Source: a virus
Taxonomy: Duplodnaviria; Heunggongvirae; Uroviricota; Caudoviricetes
DNA: 16,976 nt
Reading direction: 5' to 3' (one strand)
Virus record (IMG/VR): IMGVR_UViG_2913112809_000005
Shown here in pieces: positions 8,075 to 16,393 of this stretch (positions within the stretch are counted from its first letter, which is position 1; each line of letters starts with the position of its first letter). The notes under the pieces were generated by a model. That model was not told where the DNA came from. It ran no database searches and saw only the letters and a program-made list of their open reading frames with translations. The position numbers and the translations under genes are program-made.

Positions 8075-8274
8075 GGTGGGATCTCCGATAAGGTTTTATT
8101 GACGGAAATGACCGGAATAATGAGCTGAATACCGGAAGGCAGCACCGGGTAAATGGCGACATGTGGATTGGCGGCGATTATGCGTTCATAAGCCAGCGCA
8201 TCACCGTAGTAATGCCATGCCAGATTATCCCAGCGTTCGCTGTCGGTGGTGATATGTTCAAGGTATCGCATCAC
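8062..8274 (-). CDS. Tail protein X (P2 gpX family, LysM-like)
   Basis: 70-aa ORF containing the conserved gpX motif (WD.LA..YYGD....E.II.ANP); ATGA-type overlap with the upstream gpU-like gene. Confidence 0.75.
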   Translation of the reverse strand: MMRYLEHITTDSERWDNLAWHYYGDALAYERIIAANPHVAIYPVLPSGIQLIIPVISVNKTLSEIPPWLR

Positions 8275-9224
8275 CAGCTCCTCGTAATGGTCGCGGCAGC
8301 AAACTGGCTCACTGTGGGAGTGGTTTGTTGTACCGTTGTTCGTGCCTGATCAACCAACGTTGCGGCTTTATCGAACGTCGCTTGGGCGATGCCGCTGGTA
8401 ATGTCGTCGAAAAGCGCCTGAGCATGGTCAACCAGCGTACTGGCGTCATTGGCGCAGTCCCGGATACCTGGCATGTTACCCAGTAAAGCTTTAATCTGCG
8501 CCGACAACGCTTTTGGGAGTCCTGCCAGCGTTTGCAGATCCGTTGGCTGTTTAAACAGGGTTTCGATGGCGTCGATTGTCTTTTTCAATGACGTAATTAT
8601 CTTTTCACACTTTTCTTTTAACGCTTTGGCCTCTTTAATCATTGCTTTCACTTTTGCCACCGTTTTTTTAATATCTTCAATGGCTTGTGTCAGTTCATCC
8701 AGCATCTCTTTGGCCTTACGCATACCTTCTTCAATGGCGTTTAATATCTGATCAAACCAGGACTCCACCATGTCGGGAAAATTGCTCGCCTTTTCCTCAA
8801 TGTTAGGCTCCTGGGTGGTAATCGCCGGAGGTAAAAGTGGATTTTTAGGATCGCCGGTGTACTCCTGGAGCGACATCGTTCCGTTTTGGGCAATCACATT
8901 GCCCCAGGGATCGGTGTGCTGGTGGGTGGCGGTTAGCTCTGTAATTACAAACCAGCCGCGATAATCGCCATTGCCAAATACCAGTGCCATCGCCTTGTGA
9001 GCAAGCATGGCTTCACGCAGTCGATTCAGCTCTGTTGTGGGCTGGCAAAACTGGCTGTGCAGGGAAAATTCCAGCGCCAGTATATCCAGCTTATCGCCAA
9101 TAAACTGCACGCCGGGCTTGCCTTCTATACGGGCATGTGTGGCGTAATCCACGCCCATTGTGCTTTTAAAGCCGTCCCAGAATGTGACAACCTTAAATTC
9201 AATCTCTCCTAAAACGGCATACAT
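8271..9224 (-). CDS. gpU-like tail protein with a roughly 175-aa C-terminal alpha-helical/coiled-coil extension
   Basis: 317-aa ORF. First about 140 aa follow the P2 gpU pattern (M..LG...F......F..........G.P..QF.G...D...L...L......L..L...........G.G...G.FVITEL). The remainder is Lys/Glu/Ala-rich with heptad-like periodicity (KAKEMLDELTQAIEDIKKTVAKVKAMIKEAKALKEKCEKI...). Stop/start overlaps the tape measure gene. Confidence 0.7.
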   Translation of the reverse strand: MYAVLGEIEFKVVTFWDGFKSTMGVDYATHARIEGKPGVQFIGDKLDILALEFSLHSQFCQPTTELNRLREAMLAHKAMALVFGNGDYRGWFVITELTATHQHTDPWGNVIAQNGTMSLQEYTGDPKNPLLPPAITTQEPNIEEKASNFPDMVESWFDQILNAIEEGMRKAKEMLDELTQAIEDIKKTVAKVKAMIKEAKALKEKCEKIITSLKKTIDAIETLFKQPTDLQTLAGLPKALSAQIKALLGNMPGIRDCANDASTLVDHAQALFDDITSGIAQATFDKAATLVDQARTTVQQTTPTVSQFAAATITRSW

Positions 9225-11584
9225 CAGGCATACCCCCGGCGCTGTTGTTGCGCCATTACGTCGTTAATTATTCTTTCCAGTTCGCGTTTACTCATCGTCA
9301 ACACGTTCTGAATCTCTTTAGTATTGTTTGGTCCGTTACCCTGCACGGTAATCTGTGGCGAAAAAGTCACCTGGACTTTTCCAGGGGAACGGGAGGGTAG
9401 CGTCGCCGGTTTGGTTACGGATTTATCTGGTAAAGAGGTCGACGCGAGTTTTGCGGCAGGCACTGATGACGGCGTTGTCGTTTTGCTGGATGGCGCGAGT
9501 TGTTTCCCCACTGGAGGCGTTAAAATCGCACCGGCAACGCCTGGAACAACGGTCGCGGGGGAGACTGAGGCAGAATTAGTGGTGCCTGTAGCAGCCGCAG
9601 CCGATCCTTCTGTGCTGATACCCATTGTGGATTTTAGCCAGTCTGGTATGGCGTTTTTGACCTGGTCAATAATGCCTTTCAGAGCGGGAAAAGCATTCAT
9701 TATGCCGTCAGCCAGGCTACCCAGTATATTGCTGCCGAACTCGCTAAAACTCGCAGGCATCTCAACACCAAACCAATTCATCACTCCGGCAAAGGCGCTG
9801 TAGAACAGCCCCAGTGGCGACCAGTCGCAAATCAAACGGCTAATACCAGCAATACCGCCATTAAAGGCCGTTGTGATACGCAGCCAGATGGCGGAAAAGA
9901 ACCTGGAGATAGGTTCCCAGTTGCGATAAATCAGATAAGCAGCGCCCGCAATCGCAGTGATGACCAGACCAATGGGATTCATCAATAACACCCGGCCTAG
10001 CGAGAGAACGGTTCGACCAACCAGTTTCAATGCTCCGAGCAGGCTACGACCAAGCAGTTGCGTTAGCCATTTTGCGCCGCCACCCAATGACTTAACCGCC
10101 GATAACACCTTACTCGCTGCGCCGCCGAGCGCCAGACTTGCCCTGACTTTCAGGAAGATATCGACCAGACGAATTAACGGCGAGGCGATGAAGTTCGCGC
10201 CCAGCTTTAAAACATTCAGCGCGCCGTTAAACAGCCAAATCGCCCCGACGATTTTCGCAATGTTTTGCACCAGCGCCGGGTGTTCACGTAGCCATGCGCT
10301 GAACTGGCGAACAACCGGAGTAAGGCTTTGCGCCAGCTCGCCAATCAGCGGCATTAATTGCAAGCCAATGCTGAGCCATAAATCATTTAACGCCAGCTGT
10401 AACGCTTTAGTTTGTTCAATGGGCGAGGCCATCTGCGCAGAAAAGTCAGCGTCAATCAGATTCTTACTGCTGGCTTGCATGGCAGAGGCTTTTAACTGGC
10501 GATATTCCTCCATATTCGCCAGCACAGGTGCCAGGAATTCCACTGTTTGCGCATCGCCGAACATTTCGCCCAGATTAAACTGCGTCACCATCGATTGCAG
10601 CGCAGTGCTGCGAGCAGATAAATCTTCAATCTTCATGGTGCGTTTGAAGGTGTCGAGGATCGCCGGATTCATCTTCTCAAGCTGCATTTGCACGATATGA
10701 GTCATGGCTTCGCTAACACCCATACCGTTTTGCTGATGCTCAAGCAGAGAACCTTGCAGATCAACGCCCTGGCTGGCGAACCAGTTATCGGTTTTTTTCG
10801 AAAAGGTGGTTTGCAGAAAGTGGTCGAAATTCTCCGCCGCCGCACTGGCACTGGCCCCGTTTTTTATGGCGATCTGCATGGTGGCGGTCAGTTCAGCCAT
10901 ACCTTCCAGACCCTGAGCGCCGATTTTACCTGCAAATTTCTCTATCCACTGCGTTTGTTCGGCAACGGCAGGCCCACCGCTTTTGCTAATGCCATACATC
11001 ATGTTTTGCGCGGCGTGGAAATTTTCTGGGGCAATATTCAGTCGATCATGAGTCGCGAGCGCGGCATTCGCCCACGTTTCAGCACTTTCGCGCGTGGCGG
11101 TGGCAGCTTTGGCGATCTCCGGCATATAACGGTTGAGATCCTGCATCGACGACAAATTGCCTTCGATCAGCGTTTGGGCTGCGTTCTGTAAGGTGGTCTG
11201 CTGCTGGTTAAAATCCATGCTCCAGCCGCGCAGATTAAGGCTGAGCGTCTCGCGGGTTGTAGCATTCATCCCACCTTTGGTCGCCATATTGACCATGTTG
11301 TCCTGGAACTCATATGGCAACTTCCAGTCGGGGGCTTCAACATTGAATACCTTGCTAAATTGCCCGGCAAATGTTTGGGTTTTCTCCATTAGATCAGCGC
11401 GGTTCCGGCTATTTTCCTCCAGGCGGAGAGCAGAATCGGCAAGTTGCTGCGTTAGTTTGATTACTGTCGCTTGCTGAGAAGAGAGAGCTAACAAAGTTCT
11501 GGCGTTGAGTGAGCCGTAACGGGCTATTGCCTGCGTCAACGTCTCATTACGCGCCTGAAGCTGGGTAATAATATCGTTGGCCAA
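9224..11584 (-). CDS. Tail tape measure protein
   Basis: 786-aa ORF, largely alpha-helical with internal hydrophobic segments, between the chaperone gene and gpU as in all long-tailed phages. Apparent initiator is TTG at 11584; the first in-frame ATG is about 66 codons in, so the exact start is uncertain. Confidence 0.85.
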   Translation of the reverse strand: MANDIITQLQARNETLTQAIARYGSLNARTLLALSSQQATVIKLTQQLADSALRLEENSRNRADLMEKTQTFAGQFSKVFNVEAPDWKLPYEFQDNMVNMATKGGMNATTRETLSLNLRGWSMDFNQQQTTLQNAAQTLIEGNLSSMQDLNRYMPEIAKAATATRESAETWANAALATHDRLNIAPENFHAAQNMMYGISKSGGPAVAEQTQWIEKFAGKIGAQGLEGMAELTATMQIAIKNGASASAAAENFDHFLQTTFSKKTDNWFASQGVDLQGSLLEHQQNGMGVSEAMTHIVQMQLEKMNPAILDTFKRTMKIEDLSARSTALQSMVTQFNLGEMFGDAQTVEFLAPVLANMEEYRQLKASAMQASSKNLIDADFSAQMASPIEQTKALQLALNDLWLSIGLQLMPLIGELAQSLTPVVRQFSAWLREHPALVQNIAKIVGAIWLFNGALNVLKLGANFIASPLIRLVDIFLKVRASLALGGAASKVLSAVKSLGGGAKWLTQLLGRSLLGALKLVGRTVLSLGRVLLMNPIGLVITAIAGAAYLIYRNWEPISRFFSAIWLRITTAFNGGIAGISRLICDWSPLGLFYSAFAGVMNWFGVEMPASFSEFGSNILGSLADGIMNAFPALKGIIDQVKNAIPDWLKSTMGISTEGSAAAATGTTNSASVSPATVVPGVAGAILTPPVGKQLAPSSKTTTPSSVPAAKLASTSLPDKSVTKPATLPSRSPGKVQVTFSPQITVQGNGPNNTKEIQNVLTMSKRELERIINDVMAQQQRRGYA

Positions 11585-11675
11585 AATTGTTTCTCTTTAA
11601 TTATTGATAATGGCCCACTGGTTATTTTTCTAAAAAAGGGGCTGGGAAGAAATAAACCTGGCGGGCTTTGAAGAA

Positions 11676-11698
11676 CTCGCAGACATCAGGTCTGCGAG
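11676..11698 (-). other. Strong stem-loop in the gpE-tape measure intergenic region
   Basis: Perfect 9-bp inverted repeat CTCGCAGAC-atcag-GTCTGCGAG; on the minus strand it encloses the stop codon (11686-11688) of the +1 frame that overlaps the 3' end of the gpE gene. Confidence 0.6.
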
Positions 11699-11773
11699 CC
11701 ATATTCGATCTTTATTTGGTCGCTGGCTTCATCCAGCCAGTTGCTAAAGTCATCTATGGTGAGCGCGTCTATC

Positions 11774-12091
11774 TCACTGGGTGGAAAGCGAAACCATCTC
11801 GCCAGTAGCGCCATTGCCTGCCATAGCTGGGGAGGATTCTGTAACCACGGTAAGCATGGATTGAAATCGTTTCTGCAATGCCTGGTAATCCAGCAAATCC
11901 ATTTCAGCTAAATCTTCTGGCACCAGTCCGGTCATCGCCGCCATTAGCGGTTCATCCCACTCTTCGGGTTTTTCGCTGATCCGGCGCGCGTTGCGCATAT
12001 CTTTTACTTTCAGGCGACGTAATTGCAGCGAGTCGATAGTATTTCCTGCTGCCGACGTAAATGGGAACTGTAAGATATAATGCTCTTTCAT
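11774..12091 (-). CDS. Tail assembly chaperone, P2 gpE family
   Basis: 105-aa acidic ORF between the tube and tape measure genes, the conserved position of the frameshifted chaperone pair. An alternative reading frame stays open past its stop (see findings). Confidence 0.7.
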   Translation of the reverse strand: MKEHYILQFPFTSAAGNTIDSLQLRRLKVKDMRNARRISEKPEEWDEPLMAAMTGLVPEDLAEMDLLDYQALQKRFQSMLTVVTESSPAMAGNGATGEMVSLSTQ

Positions 12092-12117
12092 TTTGTATCC
12101 TTATTTATGTTGCGAAG

Positions 12118-12137
12118 TTCGGGGCCGTAGCCCCGAA
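12118..12137 (-). other. Stem-loop immediately downstream of the tail tube gene
   Basis: 8-bp GC-rich inverted repeat TTCGGGGC-cgta-GCCCCGAA between the tube stop (12141-12143) and the gpE start (12091); no clear U-tract follows, so more likely an mRNA-processing/stability or partial-attenuation element than a full terminator. Confidence 0.45.
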
Positions 12138-12140
12138 TAA

Positions 12141-12665
12141 TTAGCCACCGATGTTATTGCGATAGGTACTTAATTGATCCACGCCGTTAACCCGAAAAAT
12201 ATTCGCCATATAATCAAGTTCAAGCAGCGTTTCACCATCGACCACTTGCTTAATATAAGTACAGCCAAAGGCGCTGCTGAATTCCGGGTTTTCATTCTGT
12301 TTAAATGTGCCCAGTGGATTCTTTTTAAACATCACGGTTAAATGTGTCACTAACGCTAATTGATTCGCTTTCCCCTGGGAGTTATAGCAATCAATACTGG
12401 AGCGGCACTGTAATGCTACCGCCTGCCACGGGTTTGCCGTTTTACGCATTACGTCCTGATAAAAGGAGTTCCATTTAATTTCCCCCTCCAGTTTATCGAA
12501 ACCAGCCGGGAGTTCGATTTTGCCGACCATACCCAGTGCCTTATGCTCTTGCATAATTAAACTGACATCAGGCAATTTAATTTCGGTTGCACGACCTAAA
12601 AGGTTATTACCATCGAGATAAATATTGGCGTTGGTAATACGGTTAATTTGAATTTTTCCAGCCAT
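12141..12665 (-). CDS. Tail tube protein (P2 FII family)
   Basis: 174-aa ORF; size and N-terminal pattern (N.N.YLDG...LG...EIKLP) match FII-type tube proteins; start overlaps the sheath stop. Confidence 0.8.
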   Translation of the reverse strand: MAGKIQINRITNANIYLDGNNLLGRATEIKLPDVSLIMQEHKALGMVGKIELPAGFDKLEGEIKWNSFYQDVMRKTANPWQAVALQCRSSIDCYNSQGKANQLALVTHLTVMFKKNPLGTFKQNENPEFSSAFGCTYIKQVVDGETLLELDYMANIFRVNGVDQLSTYRNNIGG

Positions 12666-14095
12666 TAGCTATTGCTCTCCAGAGAGACTAAATATTCAGA
12701 AGTAATTTCAGTTTCAAACGTCAGACGTTCCAGCGGCGGCGGCGGGGTGAATTTATAGCTCAGCAATAAATGACCGGCGCTGAGTTCAGCCGGTGAATTT
12801 CGTGCCGGATCGTACCAGCACTCAAAGCCAAGCAGTGCGCCGTCGGCAATTAGTTTTCGGCCCCAGGTATTTACCGATTCGGTCAGTGCGTCAATAATTG
12901 CCTGATTAATAGGCATATCAATATACTGCTGACTGAAATAACGGATTGACTCATTGATTACATCGCCTGTCCGGCGGACGTTTTCAAAGTTACGCATATG
13001 GGTCACGGTAGGCCATGCCGCTGTGCGGTTACCCCACAAGCGCAGACCAGAACCGTAACTATTGAAAATAGTGGTAATGCCGTTTTCGTTGAGCTGATTC
13101 ACTTCGCTTTGTGGATCATCAATCATTGCGGAAAGCGAACGTTCAATACCGGTAATACCCTGAATTTCCTGGTTTGAGTTGCTCCACCAGAAACCTTTTT
13201 CGAGGTCTACTTTGGCACGTAGCCCGGCAGCGCGCGAAGAGAGTGGTTCGAGAACTTCCTGGTTAGTGATGCCATCGTAAACTTTGACGTGTGGGTAACA
13301 TAAACGCACACGATCAGAGCTGGTATTGAAGTTGATAGCCCCTTGCGAACCGCGTCCAGCCAATACCTGCTGGAATGTCGTCCCAATCGGAGCATCAATG
13401 TAGGTAATCGCACCGAGTTTTTCCGCTTGTGCAATCAGCTCAGTAGTTACTGATTTTTGCGTACAAAACACGGGAGCAAGCAGGATTTTGGCGTAGAAAC
13501 CGTACAGGTTATAGGTGTCCTGAAGGAGTTTCATCCCCGTGCGGTCGCCTGCGGTATTTAGGGCACCGATAATATCGGCTGCGGTGACCTTTGTAGGGTC
13601 GCACCAGGAATAATAGGCGCAAACTTTCGCTCCAGGAGGAATGTCGGCTCCTTTACGAGTGATTATGCCTGTTTGTTCATCTACGCTAAATGCTGTGGTG
13701 TTAAAGGTTGATGAATTTGATGAAGAGGGCTTTAGTACCACGTTACGCACATTGCGGTGAGCGAGCTTCGCCTGGTTGTTAGCATCAAAAGTGATACTCT
13801 CATTGCTGATGCTGGAGCTATGTTTTGCCGGATCCAGCACGTTAATCACCACCACCGTACCGGCACCGTGGTCATAAATCGCCTTCAGTGCCTGTGGGAT
13901 CGTAAAGTTAGCCAGAGTCGAGCCAAACTGCGCAGCATCGCTTTCAGAAAGACATAATGTTGGTTTATTTACCGGACCACAGGGGGCCGTACCGATTAAA
14001 GCGATGACGGCGGATTTTACCGCTTTAACCGGACGAGGGCCGGTTTCAATTTCAATGGTTTCTACACCGTGCAGGTAATTAGCTGCCATGTACAA
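12665..14095 (-). CDS. Contractile tail sheath protein
   Basis: 476-aa ORF directly upstream of the tube gene; size and position are typical of myovirus sheath proteins (P2 FI / Mu L class). Confidence 0.85.
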   Translation of the reverse strand: MYMAANYLHGVETIEIETGPRPVKAVKSAVIALIGTAPCGPVNKPTLCLSESDAAQFGSTLANFTIPQALKAIYDHGAGTVVVINVLDPAKHSSSISNESITFDANNQAKLAHRNVRNVVLKPSSSNSSTFNTTAFSVDEQTGIITRKGADIPPGAKVCAYYSWCDPTKVTAADIIGALNTAGDRTGMKLLQDTYNLYGFYAKILLAPVFCTQKSVTTELIAQAEKLGAITYIDAPIGTTFQQVLAGRGSQGAINFNTSSDRVRLCYPHVKVYDGITNQEVLEPLSSRAAGLRAKVDLEKGFWWSNSNQEIQGITGIERSLSAMIDDPQSEVNQLNENGITTIFNSYGSGLRLWGNRTAAWPTVTHMRNFENVRRTGDVINESIRYFSQQYIDMPINQAIIDALTESVNTWGRKLIADGALLGFECWYDPARNSPAELSAGHLLLSYKFTPPPPLERLTFETEITSEYLVSLESNS

Positions 14096-14276
14096 TTTCC
14101 TCTACGTTATTTTGTTCTTCCTGAGTGATGACAGGAGTCAGATGATTGCGGGCAATCATGGTTATGACCCACTCGTTGTCTTCTGGCAGATCAATTTCAC
14201 TGTTCGGCCACAATAAGATTTCTTGTCCGTCGGCAAGGGTGACGCCGCTTGCCGGGCCGTTGTAGATGTATTTCAT
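14079..14276 (-). CDS. Small conserved tail-region protein (Mu gp38-like position)
   Basis: 65-aa ORF, coupled by a 4-nt overlap to the upstream gene and overlapping the sheath start. Confidence 0.45.
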   Translation of the reverse strand: MKYIYNGPASGVTLADGQEILLWPNSEIDLPEDNEWVITMIARNHLTPVITQEEQNNVEEIVHGS

Positions 14277-14728
14277 TCAGTTTCCTCGTAATTAACTTCC
14301 GTAAGCAGGGGAAGATCCGTGCTTTCCTGTTCAGCGATAAACAGCGAGCTGGTCGCCATTTCCAGGATGTAGCGGCAGAAACCGCCGCTCTCACCCGTAT
14401 TAATTTCTTTTTCAAGCCAAAGCAGACGATCGCAATCAGGAAGCTGAAGGCCACCCAATGCTCTGCGTATGCGATCAAGAGCGTTTAACGCGTCACAATT
14501 TTTGCCAACAATAACGGTGGCGGTTAAGCGGAGTATTTGCTGTTGCACGATGGCATCACTGCTTTCGGGCGTGGCAAAGAAAGAACCGCTATAATTAATA
14601 ATCACTGCAACTTGCTGTGTCTGTGGAATATATTTCTGGGCATCCGTAGCTGAAATAAATACGTCCATTTCGGGGTTGTGTTCACGTAATCTGGTCACAA
14701 CAGAATTCATTACAGATAAAATTTCCAT
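14273..14728 (-). CDS. Putative tail completion/terminator-type protein (Mu gp37 / DUF1834-like); first gene of the tail operon
   Basis: 151-aa ORF with an AGG-containing RBS upstream; position and N-terminal pattern (ME.L..M...VV.RL) recall Mu gp37-family proteins. Functional call is tentative. Confidence 0.45.
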   Translation of the reverse strand: MEILSVMNSVVTRLREHNPEMDVFISATDAQKYIPQTQQVAVIINYSGSFFATPESSDAIVQQQILRLTATVIVGKNCDALNALDRIRRALGGLQLPDCDRLLWLEKEINTGESGGFCRYILEMATSSLFIAEQESTDLPLLTEVNYEETE

Positions 14729-14842
14729 ATGGGTTGTACCTTAATTACCGCTCACTTCGTTATCGTTGAAATATATTCTGAAGCAGTGAAGGTGAAGAAT
14801 CTTTTAATGTAATTTAGAGAAAAAATTGAATGGCTATAAAAA

Positions 14843-14870
14843 ATCCCCACACTTACGTAAAGGTGGGGAT
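14843..14870 (-). terminator. Intrinsic terminator after the lysis cassette (potentially bidirectional)
   Basis: 8-bp stem ATCCCCAC...GTGGGGAT with an internally palindromic loop, beginning 4 nt after the TAA stop at 14875-14877; followed on the minus strand by TTTTTATAGCC and on the plus strand by GTATTTAATA. Confidence 0.7.
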
Positions 14871-14874
14871 GTAT

Positions 14875-15189
14875 TTAATAGCTGCCACGTTGTAACAGCT
14901 CGATTTTGCTATATAAGGCATCCAGCTTTGCTTCTAATACTGCTTGCCCACGAAGATAATCTTCTCTGCGGACATAATGCAGCGGAAGCTCGGCACGAAA
15001 TTCAAGAAACTCTCTTTCCAGTTTCGACCAACTTGTTTCTGATTCCCTGCGGGCATTTTCCAGAGACTCAAAACGCTCATTAAGTCGTTTTTCAATTTGC
15101 GCTAACAGCAGTTTTCCGGCAGCAAACATTAATCCAACGAAGGAAAGCATAAGGGAGATCACTTCCCAAAAATCGATACTGAGTTTCAT
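14875..15189 (-). CDS. Membrane-anchored coiled-coil protein, candidate spanin-like/lysis accessory protein
   Basis: 104-aa ORF with one N-terminal hydrophobic helix (FWEVISLMLSFVGLMFAAGKLLL) followed by a charged helical region; GAGGGG RBS; directly downstream of the lysin gene. Confidence 0.45.
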   Translation of the reverse strand: MKLSIDFWEVISLMLSFVGLMFAAGKLLLAQIEKRLNERFESLENARRESETSWSKLEREFLEFRAELPLHYVRREDYLRGQAVLEAKLDALYSKIELLQRGSY

Positions 15190-15201
15190 CGGCCCCTCTG
15201 A

Positions 15202-15807
15202 TTAGTGAAGACAGCTTGCCTGTCCCCAGAGTAAATAGCGGGCGGCGTGTAGATAGAGGATCATCTTTGGATAGCGACGATTTTCTCGCCAGTTAGCAGC
15301 GCTGCGCCCGGCGTTGACTCGCTCGACATGACCAAACCAGCTAGTGGCATCTAACCCTTTGGATGCAGCTAGTTTTTTATCCCGGTTAACCCACCCCTGA
15401 CCGCCGTTATAGGCGCTTAGGGTAAACGCCATACGCTGACAGTCATTTTTCGCAGAGATGTTTTTCCACAAATGCTGGTCATATTGCACCAGCGCGCGAA
15501 TCGCCCAGGTTGGGTTATACGGTTTGTTTTCACGCAATTGTGGATACAACTGGCTTATCCATGTCGCTGTAGCAGGCATAAATTGCGCCATACCTTGTGC
15601 GCCAACGGGGGAACGTACCATTGGCTGCCAGGCGGACTCCAGGTGTAATTGCCCGGCAAAGTCGGCCACTGGGGCATTCAGCCCCCAGACTTCTCGAGCG
15701 GTACGAATTAGTTCGTTTCGCCATGCCAGAGAGGCTCGCGGCGGTTCAGAGGCGTTAAGCGGGAAAAGAACGAAAATAATCATAGACGCGATATATTTCA
15801 GCCACAT
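15202..15807 (-). CDS. Lytic transglycosylase (SLT domain) lysin with N-terminal signal/SAR-like hydrophobic leader
   Basis: SLT catalytic motifs LHLESAWQP and AQGMAQFMP. Best start is ATG at 15807 (MWLKYIASMIIFVLFPLNA...), 2 nt after the stop of the upstream membrane-protein gene; the longer ORF to 15885 would overlap that gene by 76 nt. Confidence 0.7.
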   Translation of the reverse strand: MWLKYIASMIIFVLFPLNASEPPRASLAWRNELIRTAREVWGLNAPVADFAGQLHLESAWQPMVRSPVGAQGMAQFMPATATWISQLYPQLRENKPYNPTWAIRALVQYDQHLWKNISAKNDCQRMAFTLSAYNGGQGWVNRDKKLAASKGLDATSWFGHVERVNAGRSAANWRENRRYPKMILYLHAARYLLWGQASCLH

Positions 15808-15809
15808 CA

Positions 15810-16097
15810 CTATAGCCCTAAGGCGACGGAAAGACAGACGGCGGCAACGATGATGGCGCGGCGAATCATTGCCGCCGCGCAGCAACGCGGTTCCTTCCAG
15901 GGGCTAAAAGAGTCAGGCCGTGCCCAGGGGAACAAACTGCGATCGAGCCAGTATCCCAGCACCGCGGAAAGCGAAACCAGGCTTAGTTTATAAATGACGA
16001 CCGGGATCTGTGCTGAAGAGGTCCAGCCGATCACGACAAACAGCGCGACGGAAGCGACCAGCCAGCCGGAAAGCCGGGGAAAAGTGACTTTTTTCAT
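15810..16097 (-). CDS. Small membrane protein with 2-3 transmembrane segments, holin candidate
   Basis: 95-aa ORF with AGGAG RBS 8 nt upstream of the ATG; hydrophobic segments LVASVALFVVIGW, IPVVIYKLSLVSLSAVLGYWL and AIIVAAVCLSVALGL; first gene of the lysis cassette, directly before the lysin. Confidence 0.5.
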   Translation of the reverse strand: MKKVTFPRLSGWLVASVALFVVIGWTSSAQIPVVIYKLSLVSLSAVLGYWLDRSLFPWARPDSFSPWKEPRCCAAAMIRRAIIVAAVCLSVALGL

Positions 16098-16393
16098 ACG
16101 ATATCTCCTGATAAGTGAGCGTTTAGTGTCGTCAGAACCCTCCAGTGAAGAATGAAAAAAGCTTTAATAAATAAGTTTAAAAAATAGATTCTCTATAAAT
16201 GAACAAGCCCGCTAATAAATCGACTCATCAATTAAAGAGCAAAAGGTGACCTGGCGAATAAGCGCGTCATTATGCAGGGGAAAGATGATGGTGGATCGTA
16301 GGAATAGTCTATAGTTATTTGATTTTTAAAGTTTGTTTAAGAAAGTCAGCTACTGTGAGGGAAACGATCTTTTAACACTACAGGTAAAAATAA

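Noticed and set aside
9957-10700. 247-aa plus-strand ORF, and many other plus-strand ORFs (e.g. 6332-6874, 6384-6755, 9324-9803, 10688-11191, 11133-11477, 15458-15853)
   Set aside because: All lie antisense inside well-supported minus-strand tail or lysis genes, have low-complexity Ser/Ala/Arg/Cys-rich translations and no recognisable motifs or RBS. They are shadow ORFs of the GC-rich coding strand.
11774-12091. Canonical -1 programmed frameshift (X_XXY_YYZ heptamer) in the gpE chaperone gene
   Set aside because: No canonical slippery heptamer was found by eye and the -1 frame terminates immediately after the gpE stop. Only the +1/-2 frame is open, so the standard model was not asserted.
15810-15885. 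Longer 227-aa version of the lysin ORF starting at 15885
   Set aside because: The extra 26 codons would overlap the upstream membrane-protein gene by 76 nt and encode an Arg-rich non-leader sequence. The ATG at 15807 gives a classic hydrophobic leader and stop/start coupling.
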